Shown here in pieces: positions 18,781 through 27,867 of a stretch of 64,000 nt of DNA. This DNA is from an uncultured bacterium (GTDB lineage Bacteria > Zhuqueibacterota > QNDG01 > DTFT01). The stretch covers positions 64,001 to 128,000 of the forward strand of contig CAVTNR010000022.1 of the NCBI GenBank assembly GCA_963736115.1, given 5' to 3'. The notes under the pieces were generated by a model. That model saw only the letters and a program-made list of their open reading frames with translations, had not been told where the DNA came from and did not search any database. Positions within the stretch are counted from its first letter, which is position 1. Every line of letters starts with the position of its first letter. Made by a program: the position numbers and the translations under genes.

Positions 18781-20697
18781 ATGAACCGTCACATGTTTCG
18801 ATCGCCGTTCTTCACGGTTTTGTGCATATCCGCCGCGCTCTTCCTGAACAGTGGTAATACGTCCGGTCAGACCGAACCCGGCACGCCGGTCATCGTGGAA
18901 GCCGAATCCGGAGAGCCGGGTGATAATGTCGCGGTCCGCACCGCAGGCGGCGTCACGTATGTGACTGTCAAGACCAACCTGGGAGGAACCAGTCCCGGGG
19001 ACGCGAGCCGCACCGTCGCGTACGAAGTCACATTCGCGGACTCGGGGACTTATGATTTTTACGTCCATCTGCGCGTCGGCGCGGCGGGATTCGATGACGA
19101 CAGCTTTTTCTACGGGAGGGGTTTCGGGGACAAGGACGCGGCCTCAGGCGGGGACTGGGTGATGGTGAACGGGCTGGGCAGCAGCGGATTCTCCGATCCG
19201 GCTTCGCTGATCGAAGGTCCCGGGCCGCTCGGTTCCAATGCCTGGAAATGGGTGAACCTGACGAAGAACGGGTACCAGAGCGCGGCCGGCGACCCCTTCC
19301 GGGTGGAACCGGACGGTCTCGTTCAGACGTTTCAGATCGGCGGTCGCGAAGACGGGCTGGACATAGATAAATTCGCGTTCGGAAAGTCACATCTCTGGTT
19401 CACGGTCGGCATGCTTGAAGACGGACTGCCCGGGTCCCCGACCCGTCCGGCAGGCGACACCACGGGCATTGTCTGGGAAGGCCCGGCGTTTTCATCCGAC
19501 CCGGACAAGTTCCTCGGCAGCGGGTGGGACCGGACGGATCCGGATTTCCCGAAATACTGGAATCAGCTGACGCCGGGCAACGCGGGCAAGTTCGGGTCCG
19601 TGGCCGTCACGGCCAATCCAGGCCAGTGGAACTGGTCGAGCCTCGACGCGTCGTATCAGTTCGCGACGAGCAACGGCCTGCTTTTCAAGCACCACTGCCT
19701 GATCTGGGGCCAGCAGCAGCCGGGCTGGATCACGAATTCCGGTCTTGATTCGGCCCAGCAGGCGGACGCGGTTGAAGACTGGATCCGTCTGACCGGCGAG
19801 CGGTATCCTGAAATGGACATGATCGATGTGGTGAACGAGCCTCTTCCGGGGCATAATCCCGCCGCCTACAGGGACGCGCTGGGCGGCGCGGGCGCCACGG
19901 GCTGGGACTGGGTGATCTGGGCGTTTCAGAAGGCCCGGGACTACATGCCCGGCGTGAAGCTGCTGCTCAACGAATACGGCATCATCAACAACAATTCGGC
20001 AACCACGTCCTACCTTCAGATCATCAACCTGCTGAAGGACAGGGGCCTGATCGACGGCATCGGCGTGCAGGGCCACCGCTTCGAGTTCGAAAGCGCGGAC
20101 ACGAGCGTGATGCGGAAGAACCTGGACCGGCTGGCCGCGACCGGACTGCCGGTGTACATTTCCGAGTTCGACCTGGGCAATCTACGGAACGAGGGAACCC
20201 CGGACGATGACCAGCAGCTGAGGCTGTACCAGAAAATATTCCCGGTGATCTGGAAGCATACGGGCGTCAAGGGCATCACGTTCTGGGGGTACCGAGAGGG
20301 AGAAGTGTGGCAGTCATCCACCTACCTGGTGCGATACAACGGCAGGGCAAGGCCCGCGCTGTTGTGGCTGGATGAGTACATCCGGAACAATCCTCCGGCC
20401 GGTGTGGATGACCGGAAGAACGCGTCCGCGCCCTCCGGATTTGAGCTGGGCCGGAATTTTCCGAATCCCTTCAATCCCGCGACCCGGATCCAATACCGGA
20501 TCGGCCGGCCCTGCCGGGTGACGGTGAAGATTTACGCTTTAACGGGCCGCATGGTTCAGACGCTGGTCGACACGGAGCAGGCGGCCGGACGGTACACCCT
20601 CTCGTTCGACGGCCGGGACCTGCCGAGCGGGAATTATTTCTGCCGCATGACCGCAGGCGGATTCACCGCGGTCCAAAAACTGGTTCTGATCAAATAA
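18781..20697 (+). CDS. GH10 endo-1,4-beta-xylanase with N-terminal CBM-like domain and T9SS C-terminal domain
   Basis: DVVNEP acid/base, DGIGVQGH, VYISEFD nucleophile, GITFWG; NFPNPFNP. Confidence 0.9.
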   Translation: MNRHMFRSPFFTVLCISAALFLNSGNTSGQTEPGTPVIVEAESGEPGDNVAVRTAGGVTYVTVKTNLGGTSPGDASRTVAYEVTFADSGTYDFYVHLRVGAAGFDDDSFFYGRGFGDKDAASGGDWVMVNGLGSSGFSDPASLIEGPGPLGSNAWKWVNLTKNGYQSAAGDPFRVEPDGLVQTFQIGGREDGLDIDKFAFGKSHLWFTVGMLEDGLPGSPTRPAGDTTGIVWEGPAFSSDPDKFLGSGWDRTDPDFPKYWNQLTPGNAGKFGSVAVTANPGQWNWSSLDASYQFATSNGLLFKHHCLIWGQQQPGWITNSGLDSAQQADAVEDWIRLTGERYPEMDMIDVVNEPLPGHNPAAYRDALGGAGATGWDWVIWAFQKARDYMPGVKLLLNEYGIINNNSATTSYLQIINLLKDRGLIDGIGVQGHRFEFESADTSVMRKNLDRLAATGLPVYISEFDLGNLRNEGTPDDDQQLRLYQKIFPVIWKHTGVKGITFWGYREGEVWQSSTYLVRYNGRARPALLWLDEYIRNNPPAGVDDRKNASAPSGFELGRNFPNPFNPATRIQYRIGRPCRVTVKIYALTGRMVQTLVDTEQAAGRYTLSFDGRDLPSGNYFCRMTAGGFTAVQKLVLIK

Positions 20698-20773
20698 CAG
20701 GAGCGAGGTTGCGGCGGTTCAATACCGGACCGCCCGCGGATTCATTTCAACTCAACAAGGAGAGGAGGAAGTC

Positions 20774-21859
20774 ATGTTTGAGAAGAGAGCGCTACGGGTG
20801 ATGCTGGCGGCGTTCTGCCTGGCGGCCTTTCTGCCGGCCGCATTGCCGGCGGCGGAAGGCACCATCGTGTTCGTGTCCCTGCAGGACGGCGTCAAGATCG
20901 ACCCCGCGACCGGGGAGTACCCGGATATGCCGCATATCTATCTTCTGCAGGACGAGGGGTATGACGTCATCCCCTTTTACAACGCGTCGGTGTCCACGGC
21001 CAGTCAGGAAACGCTGGACACCCTGTACAACGCCGACCTGATCATTATGGGCCGTTCCACTCCGAGCACCATCTACATGGACAACAACAAATGGATCTGG
21101 AACGACATCACCAAGCCCATTCTGAACCTGGAGATGTGGAACTGCAGGAACACCCGTTTGAACTGGTTCAACACGGCCAACATGGTCAGCAATTCGACGG
21201 AAGGCACGGTGCGGAACGCGGTCATCGACGTTCCGGACGACCCGGTGTTCCAGGGCCTGGACACTTCAGCACCGGTTCCGTGGATCGTCGGCTCGTTCGA
21301 CGCGGTGAGTATGACGGAGGCCGGCAACGGCATCGTTCTGGCCCGGCTTGAAACTGATGGCACCGTCCTGTTCGTCCGTTTCGAGCCGGACATCGAGTTC
21401 TATGAAGGGGCCAGCGACATGCCAGCGGGACACCGCACCATGATCGGCAACGGCCGCGACAACGGCGGAGCCGCGCCCTTCAATTATTTCAACTTCACCG
21501 CGGAATCCGAGCAGGTTTTTCTCGCCGAAGTGGCGCGCCTGGTGGCGATCGGCAAAGGCAGTGCGGTTCAGGACAGGGGCAATGCGTCCGGCCCGGCCGG
21601 TTTCGGTCTGTCCCAGAATTATCCCAATCCGTTCAATCCCACAACGACAATCGAGTTCACACTGCCCACGACGTCCGATGTGCGGCTGACGCTGGTCAAC
21701 GGCCTGGGACGGACGGTTCGTGAACTGGCAGTCGGCCGGTATACTTCGGGCCGGCACAACGTGACCGTGGACGCGTCGGGTCTGGGTTCCGGGATTTATT
21801 TCTGCAGACTGCAGGCGGGTTCGCAGGTCGACGTGAGAAAGCTGATGGTCGCCAAATAG
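20774..21859 (+). CDS. Secreted protein of unknown function with T9SS C-terminal domain
   Basis: Strong SD (GGAGG), signal peptide, NYPNPFNP; no catalytic family recognised. Confidence 0.75.
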   Translation: MFEKRALRVMLAAFCLAAFLPAALPAAEGTIVFVSLQDGVKIDPATGEYPDMPHIYLLQDEGYDVIPFYNASVSTASQETLDTLYNADLIIMGRSTPSTIYMDNNKWIWNDITKPILNLEMWNCRNTRLNWFNTANMVSNSTEGTVRNAVIDVPDDPVFQGLDTSAPVPWIVGSFDAVSMTEAGNGIVLARLETDGTVLFVRFEPDIEFYEGASDMPAGHRTMIGNGRDNGGAAPFNYFNFTAESEQVFLAEVARLVAIGKGSAVQDRGNASGPAGFGLSQNYPNPFNPTTTIEFTLPTTSDVRLTLVNGLGRTVRELAVGRYTSGRHNVTVDASGLGSGIYFCRLQAGSQVDVRKLMVAK

Positions 21860-21904
21860 AGGGTTGAAATATTCTCCAGGCGCCGGTTTCATGCGGCGCC
21901 TGTC

Positions 21905-21946
21905 AAGGCCGCCCCGGGTCTGGTCCCCGGGGCGGCCTTTTTATTT
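21905..21946 (+). terminator. Intrinsic terminator at end of GH operon
   Basis: aaggccgccccggg / cccggggcggcctt 14-bp stem followed by a T-rich tail. Confidence 0.75.
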
Positions 21947-21968
21947 ATCGGATGGACTCCGGGATCAG

Positions 21969-23045
21969 CTATTCAAGCTCCCCGTGCAGCGCTTTTTTGA
22001 AGAAGGTTCCTGATCCGGTGAGCGTGTACTGGTCCCACGATTCCAGCATGGAAGGGTGCCACTCGACGTCATACACCCAGCATATCCAGCTGATGCCCCG
22101 CCCCTCCAGGTAACGGACGATACGATTCCCGTAATCCTCCGGACCGGCCGGACTGTCCTTGTCCGCCCTGAACCCGAACTCGGTGGCGACCACGGGCCAG
22201 TGATCGGCCGCGAATCCGAAATTCTCCTCCCACTTGGGCTCCCAGGGCTGGGACCGCTTGTTCGCGTACGGGTGCGTGACATACCCGATGCCCTCGGCCT
22301 CCACGGGCTCGTAGCGCAAGTGGTTCAGGTCATAGGCCCAGTCGAACCCGGCCACGAGCGGTATGGTCTCGGTGTCCACGGAACGGATGAGCCGGATCAG
22401 GTCTTCGTTGATCTTTCTCCATTCGGTCCATGTCATGCTCCCGAGCATGCCCCTGAAATGCGTCGGCTCGTTGAACAGCTCGTAGAACGCGACAGTGTGA
22501 TGCCCACGGAAATGGCCGGCGATGACGCGCCAGAAATCGAAGGTTTCCTTTTTCGACGTCTCGTACATGGGATTCTGGAAGATCTCGGCCTGCAGATTTC
22601 CGATGGAGTGCCAGTCGATGACGATGTACATCCCGAGCTCCGTACACCACGCCGCGGCCTGATCCAGCAGTTCGAGATATTTCTCCGGTGACCGGTCCCG
22701 CCAGGCCACGGGGTGGACCGGGATGCGCACGAGCATGGCGCCCATGTCCCTGACATGTTCGAAATGGGCCTTGTTCCAATGGCCCTGGTTGGCCAGCTTG
22801 TCCGGGTCCGATATGGCCAGACCCCGGAAGAGGATAGTGTCGCCCTTGGAGTTGACGAAACGGTTCCCGGCCACGGATATTCGCGGAAGCTTTTCCGCAT
22901 CCGGATTCTTTTTCGGCCTGGGCCAGCGGCCCTCGTTCCACCACTGCCTGTAGGGCTTGTCCTGGCCGTTTAACGGCCCGATCGGCGCGAAGAGAAGGGA
23001 GAGGAAGGAAACGGCAGCGATCACGGCAAACCGGGTCGGTTTCAT
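21969..23045 (-). CDS. GH5 glycoside hydrolase (cellulase family)
   Basis: LVRIP, IVIDWH, YELFNEP (acid/base), HPY, VATEFG (nucleophile); signal peptide. Confidence 0.88.
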   Translation of the reverse strand: MKPTRFAVIAAVSFLSLLFAPIGPLNGQDKPYRQWWNEGRWPRPKKNPDAEKLPRISVAGNRFVNSKGDTILFRGLAISDPDKLANQGHWNKAHFEHVRDMGAMLVRIPVHPVAWRDRSPEKYLELLDQAAAWCTELGMYIVIDWHSIGNLQAEIFQNPMYETSKKETFDFWRVIAGHFRGHHTVAFYELFNEPTHFRGMLGSMTWTEWRKINEDLIRLIRSVDTETIPLVAGFDWAYDLNHLRYEPVEAEGIGYVTHPYANKRSQPWEPKWEENFGFAADHWPVVATEFGFRADKDSPAGPEDYGNRIVRYLEGRGISWICWVYDVEWHPSMLESWDQYTLTGSGTFFKKALHGELE

Positions 23046-23222
23046 GGGAGGCTCCGGGGTTTTGGATTTATACGGACCGGACGGATCAGGCTGAACGCAT
23101 GAAAATATCCAATTTTTCCCGGAGGGGCAAGTAAAAGGTTGTCACGGGGCGGGCCGCTGGTCTCCGGCGCGATCACGGATCATGGGACTCCCCGCGGATG
23201 GCGGCCTTCCGGAAGGTGCGTT

Positions 23223-23654
23223 CTATTTCAGGATTTGCCAGAGTAAGGCTGAAACGACAGTGCCGGCCGCGGAAGCGGCGATGTCGAAGGGATCGACCGG
23301 GAGATTCCACGCCGCGAGCTGGAAATATTCCCATGCCGTGAGTCCCAGGAAGGAAAAGGCCAGTATGAAGCCGAATGCCGGGATGCGCGCCCTTTTCTCC
23401 GCGAAATGACGAGCCCTCGCGTCCGCCAGAACCAGGATCACGAAGGGAACGAAAAGAGCGCCGCCGAAATTCGGGAGCACCCCCATGATAAAAGCAAGCC
23501 GGTGGGGCAGGGCAACCGGCAGGACGCGGACAAGACGGCAGGCGAGTACGAGCCCGGCGCCCGTGAGGCACAGGAAGGCGGACAGGCGGAGTCGGCGCGG
23601 GGACATGCCGGCGCCCACCAGAAGCTGGGGCCTTCGGCTTCGGGAGGTCCGCAT
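23223..23654 (-). CDS. Hypothetical membrane protein
   Basis: ATG overlaps the TAA of the upstream gene (TAATG); four hydrophobic segments; WEYFQ...DPFDIAAS is VanZ-like. Confidence 0.55.
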   Translation of the reverse strand: MRTSRSRRPQLLVGAGMSPRRLRLSAFLCLTGAGLVLACRLVRVLPVALPHRLAFIMGVLPNFGGALFVPFVILVLADARARHFAEKRARIPAFGFILAFSFLGLTAWEYFQLAAWNLPVDPFDIAASAAGTVVSALLWQILK

Positions 23655-24064
23655 TACATCCCAAGCAATCGGGAGAGAGACGCGACGATCTGGCCGCGGC
23701 CGGAATGCACATAAGCGCCGATCTGGGCGATGATGGACCATCCCAGAGCGAACTGGCCAAGCACCCACCCGCCGATCGCGAACTGGGCGACGGTGACCAC
23801 TCCGATTCCGAACTGGGCCACAGTGACCACGCCGCAAGCGAACTGGCCGATCGCGAGAATCCCCTTTGCCGGGACCGGCATCCGGTTGGGGCGGTATTTG
23901 AAGGAAATATGCACGAGAGGCAGTCCGAAATAGACGGCCTCGGACTTGTACTCGAATCCCCACCCGTCCCACTTGGGTTTTGCCGGATAAGGGGCTCCGC
24001 ATTTGGGACAGGACAGGGATTGTTCGGACACCTCGGTCTTGCACTCGCGGCAGGGTTTCATCAT
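23654..24064 (-). CDS. Zinc-ribbon membrane protein with 10-aa G-x-x-x-x-x-Q-F repeats
   Basis: CRECK...CPKCG; GLPLVHI; AIGQFACG/VAQFGIG/VAQFAIG/LGQFALG repeats (30-bp DNA period). Confidence 0.7.
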   Translation of the reverse strand: MMKPCRECKTEVSEQSLSCPKCGAPYPAKPKWDGWGFEYKSEAVYFGLPLVHISFKYRPNRMPVPAKGILAIGQFACGVVTVAQFGIGVVTVAQFAIGGWVLGQFALGWSIIAQIGAYVHSGRGQIVASLSRLLGM

Positions 24065-24219
24065 GATTCCTCCGGTCCTTCAATCGGCCTGTGCCGGTTC
24101 GGTAATTTGGTTATAATGCATAATATATGTAGACGTATTATAACTTTAAAACAATGGAAAATCAAGCGGTTTTTCGGCAAACGGACGCGGGTTCCGCCCG
24201 GCGAACGGCCATTTTCCGC

Positions 24220-24248
24220 TTGCTTGTCACAGTCAAATGTTCTAAATT
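24220..24248 (+). promoter_or_regulatory. Sigma70-type promoter of mntP
   Basis: TTGCTT-17-TAAATT. Confidence 0.45.
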
Positions 24249-24310
24249 TCTGACTCCGGTCCGGGAACTCCGGCCCGGTTCGGAATGGTTTCCCAACCCG
24301 CCGGAGTCCG

Positions 24311-24868
24311 ATGGACGGCCTGACCCTTCTGCTCATCTCGTTCGGTCTTTCCATGGACGCGTTCGCGGTGTCCGTGTCCTGCGGCATTTGCGGACGGCCG
24401 AAGAAGTGGAGTCTCATCGCGCGGGTCGGCCTGTACTTCGGCGGGTTTCAGGCGTTGATGCCCGTGCTCGGTTGGCTGGCCGGAACCCGGCTCAAGGGGC
24501 CCATCTCGTCGGTGGACCACTGGGTGGCTTTCGGGCTTCTGGCGCTGATCGGCGTGAAAATGATACACGAGTCCTTCACCATCGGGGCCAGGCGTTTTGA
24601 TCCGCGCAGGCACAAGGTGTTGCTCACCCTGGCCGTGGCCACGAGCATTGACGCGCTGGCCGTCGGTCTGAGCTTTGCTCTGCTCGACGGCGGTATTCTC
24701 ATTCCGGCCTTGACGATCGGCATGGTCACGTTCTGTGTTTCCTGCCTGGGCGTGATGATCGGGGACCGGGTCGGATCGACCTTCGAGAAAGCGGCGGAGA
24801 TTCTCGGCGGCATCATACTGATCGGTATTGGCTTGAAAATCCTTCTGGAGCACACACTGACCCCCTGA
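24311..24868 (+). CDS. mntP: Manganese efflux pump MntP
   Basis: LSMDAFAVS, FQALMP, DHW, ATSIDALAVG, AEILGGIILIGIG motifs. Confidence 0.92.
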   Translation: MDGLTLLLISFGLSMDAFAVSVSCGICGRPKKWSLIARVGLYFGGFQALMPVLGWLAGTRLKGPISSVDHWVAFGLLALIGVKMIHESFTIGARRFDPRRHKVLLTLAVATSIDALAVGLSFALLDGGILIPALTIGMVTFCVSCLGVMIGDRVGSTFEKAAEILGGIILIGIGLKILLEHTLTP

Positions 24869-24885
24869 TCCTTTTCGGAGGCCGC

Positions 24886-25680
24886 ATGGCGCTCGATTTT
24901 TCCCCCATGAAGAAGTTGGCGGAAGGTAAGACCAAGATCATCTATGAGAATCCGGCGGATCCGAAGACCGTGTACATGGTCTTCAAGGACGACATCACGG
25001 CCGGCGACGGCGTCAAGCACGATGTCATTCGCGGCAAGGCGTCCGTCGATTGGCGGACCAACCGCGACATCTATGAATACCTGAACCGGAAAGGCGTTAA
25101 AACACACTACCTGTCCAGTCCTGAGGAAAAAGTCGCTTTGGTCCGCAGACTCGACTTCAAGATCAACCTAGAGGTGGTGTCGCGCCGCGTGGCCGCGGGT
25201 TCCATCCTGAAATGGGGGAAGGCGTCTGAAGGCGACCGGTTCGACCCGCCGGTCACCCAGTTCCACTACAAGGACGACCCCCTTCACGACCCCATGCTCG
25301 ACGAATCATACGTTGAATTCATCATCCGGAACAAGCAGGGCGGGGAGTGGTACGCTCAAATGCGCGAACGGAACACGCAGGTTCTGCTCGTGCTCGAAAA
25401 GGCTTTCGCCGCATTCGATCTCCAGCTCGTGGACATGAAACTGGAGTACGGACTGATCGGTGGAGAGGTGCTCGTGATCGACGAGATTACGGGCGGCTCG
25501 TTCCGGCTGTGGCCCTATAGTAAGCCGAATCCCGATCTGAGTAAGGGAAACGTCCTGTCGGAGCTGGATCCGTCCGGCCGGCTGGACAAGGACACCTACC
25601 GCATGGGCGGCGCCCTGGACCAAGTGCAGTCGAAGTTCGAGAGGATAGCTGAAATTACGGGGAAATTTAATGAATTGTAG
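24886..25680 (+). CDS. purC: Phosphoribosylaminoimidazolesuccinocarboxamide (SAICAR) synthase
   Basis: EGKTK, FKDDITAG, LEVVSR..AAGS, YKDDPLHDP, LVDMKLEYG, LDKD.YR. Confidence 0.92.
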   Translation: MALDFSPMKKLAEGKTKIIYENPADPKTVYMVFKDDITAGDGVKHDVIRGKASVDWRTNRDIYEYLNRKGVKTHYLSSPEEKVALVRRLDFKINLEVVSRRVAAGSILKWGKASEGDRFDPPVTQFHYKDDPLHDPMLDESYVEFIIRNKQGGEWYAQMRERNTQVLLVLEKAFAAFDLQLVDMKLEYGLIGGEVLVIDEITGGSFRLWPYSKPNPDLSKGNVLSELDPSGRLDKDTYRMGGALDQVQSKFERIAEITGKFNEL

Positions 25681-25689
25681 AAAACTCTC

Positions 25690-25750
25690 GTTCCGGGTTT
25701 CGAGTTTCGGGTTCCGAGTTGACAATTATTTCTGACCCGGAACGTGGAAT
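25690..25750. repeat. Degenerate inverted heptamer array (GTTyCGr)n
   Basis: gttccgg gtttcga gtttcgg gttccga gttgaca ... ccggaac gtggaat, directly after the purC stop. Confidence 0.5.
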
Positions 25751-25845
25751 TCACCCCTCAGGGTTTCATTGATGAAACTTCGGAAATCAACATGTCCGAA
25801 AGCCTCGCCTGCTTCGCAGGCTCGGCATTTCGGACCTACAACTTG

Positions 25846-25963
25846 AGACTTCTGAAAAATTGACGAATCCCCGGTAGCCGCGAGCTTTAGCTCGCGCCAA
25901 ATCGAATTTTCCCGAGACGGGAGATGCCTGGAATCGCCAATTCCCCTGATTTTTCAGAAGTTT
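25846..25963. mobile_element. MITE with 15-bp terminal inverted repeats carrying a GTAG REP
   Basis: agacttctgaaaaat (25846-25860) / atttttcagaagttt (25949-25963), 14/15 match; aacttg on both flanks; internal gtagccgcgagctttagctcgcg. Confidence 0.55.
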
Positions 25964-26008
25964 GAACTTGAAATGGAGCGGTCGACAAAACGCAGCTGGA
26001 GGGTTACG

Positions 26009-26972
26009 ATGATAAAGGAACTCAAATCCGCCACACTCGACACCCGGGCGTTCATCAAAACACAGGTGACGCAAATCGCGGAGACCGTGGGCGACGGCAC
26101 GGCCATCAACGCGCTGTCCGGAGGCGTGGACTCCTCCGTGGTCACTCTGCTGGGCCATCGGGCGCTGGGAAAGCGGCTCCGCACCGTATTCGTGGAGAAC
26201 GGCATCATGCGCGAGGGCGAGGCCGGCCGCGTGAAATCGATGTTCGCGAAGCTGGGCGTCAAGGTCGAGGTCGTGGACGCGAAGGACGAGTTCTTCGCCG
26301 CCCTGAAGGGCATCACGGACCCGAGGAGAAGCGCGAGGCCATCACGCAGACGTTCTACAAGCATGTGTTCGGCCGCATCGTCCGGGAGAGCGGCAGCCCG
26401 TTTTCTGCTGCAGGGCACCATTCTGACCGATGTCGACGAGACCGTGGCCGGCATCAAGCGCCAGCACAACGTGTTCGAACAGCTCGGCATCGACCCTCAG
26501 GAGACCTTCGGGTACCGCATTCTGGAGCCGTTGATCCAGTTGCGCAAGGACGGCGTCCGGAAGGTCGGGAAGGCAGCTGGGCCTGCCCGTCGAATCGTTC
26601 AAGCGCATTCCGTTCCCAGGGCCCGCGCTCGCGGCACGCGTGATCGGCGAGGCCACGCCGGAGCGCATCGACACCGTCCGAAAAGCCACGGTGATCGTCG
26701 AAAAGGCGCTGTGCCGGACGAAGGCCTTTCAGTACATGGCCATTCTGCATGCGGACCGCGTGACCGGCATGCGGGACAATAAAAGGGAGTTCGGACAGCA
26801 GATCGAGATCCGGTGCTGGGACAGTCTGGACGCGCGCAAGGCCAAACCGACACGCCTGCCGTTCGCGGTTCTCGAAAAGCTGGCGAACGACATCACCCGC
26901 AAGGTGCCGGGCGTGGTCAGCGTGACTTACAATATCGCCACCAAGCCGCCGTCGACGATGGAAGCGGTTTAA
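26009..26972 (+). CDS. guaA: GMP synthase ATP-pyrophosphatase subunit (subunit B, no GATase domain); three indels (~26321, ~26395, ~26575)
   Basis: ALSGGVDSSV PP-loop, DPEEKR (after frame repair), LLQGTI..D, IKRQHNV, EPL..L.KDGVR, PFPGPALA.R, YNIATKPPSTME. Confidence 0.82.
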
Positions 26973-26978
26973 AAAAAA

Positions 26979-27076
26979 GTTCATAGTTCATGGTTCATAG
27001 TTCATTGTTAAAAGAGAAAGCTTGAGGCGCCAAAATCCCGTTTTTAACCATGAACCATGAACTATGAACCATGAAC
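26979..27076. repeat. Inverted heptamer hairpin element, copy 1
   Basis: (GTTCATd)x4 GTTAAAA - 28 nt - TTTTAAC (yATGAAC)x4; 98 bp = 14x7. Confidence 0.85.
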
Positions 27077-27095
27077 TTTCAGAAAGGGAGGCATC

Positions 27096-27689
27096 GTGAA
27101 GAGACGTTTTGTGTGTTTGCTGATTCTGTCCGCACTATCCGGATCCGCAGCCGCTCCGAAAGAGACGGTTACGTCCGAAAGAATGCGCCCCGTTCTCCTG
27201 GTCGTCGACGTGCAGAATCAGTATCTCCAATACATGGATCCCGCGGACAAGGGCATTGCAATGTGGGTCATTCCGTCCGTCATTCAGGCCTTCCGCGACG
27301 GCGGATTTCCGATCATCCGGGTGTATCATACGGATCCGCAGGCCGGACCGGCCCAGGGAACCGAGGCGTTCCAGTATCCGGCAGAGATCCCCGTCAGGCC
27401 GGACGATCCGATGGTGATTAAGAACTATCCGAGTGGATTCAAGAAAACAGGCCTGGAGAAGCTGATCCGCGAAAAGGGCTGCAACACGGTGTTTCTGTGC
27501 GGCCTGAGCTCCGTCGGATGCGTGCTCGCCACGTATGAGGCGGCCGTGGACCTCGATTTCACCGCCTTCCTGGTAAAGGACGGCCTCATGTGCCACAACG
27601 CGACCTTCACCAACACCATCGAGGATATATTCGACGCGGTCGGAACCGAGGCAGTGAAGGCGATGCTGGCAAATGCGGAGAAACCCTGA
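27096..27689 (+). CDS. Isochorismatase-family cysteine hydrolase with signal peptide
   Basis: D-K-C triad motifs VVDVQN, IKNYPSGF, GLSSVGCV; GTG start with GGGAGG SD. Confidence 0.85.
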   Translation: MKRRFVCLLILSALSGSAAAPKETVTSERMRPVLLVVDVQNQYLQYMDPADKGIAMWVIPSVIQAFRDGGFPIIRVYHTDPQAGPAQGTEAFQYPAEIPVRPDDPMVIKNYPSGFKKTGLEKLIREKGCNTVFLCGLSSVGCVLATYEAAVDLDFTAFLVKDGLMCHNATFTNTIEDIFDAVGTEAVKAMLANAEKP

Positions 27690-27723
27690 GTAGCAAGGCA
27701 GTTCATGGTACAGCGAGAAAAAA

Positions 27724-27823
27724 GTTGATATTTCATTGTTTATAGTTCATAGTAAAAAGAAATATCAGAAAATCAGATTTTTCCATTTTTTTAACTATGA
27801 ACCATGAACTCTGAACTATGAAC
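27724..27823. repeat. Inverted heptamer hairpin element, copy 2
   Basis: Degenerate left arm gttgata tttcatt gtttata gttcata gtaaaaa - 30 nt - ttttaac tatgaac catgaac tctgaac tatgaac. Confidence 0.8.
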
Positions 27824-27867
27824 TTGACGACCCGAGACCAATCAGCCAAGAGGGATGGGCACCGGAG

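Noticed and set aside
24150-24310. yybP-ykoY riboswitch upstream of mntP
   Set aside because: The conserved GGGGAGUA and other core motifs are not seen.
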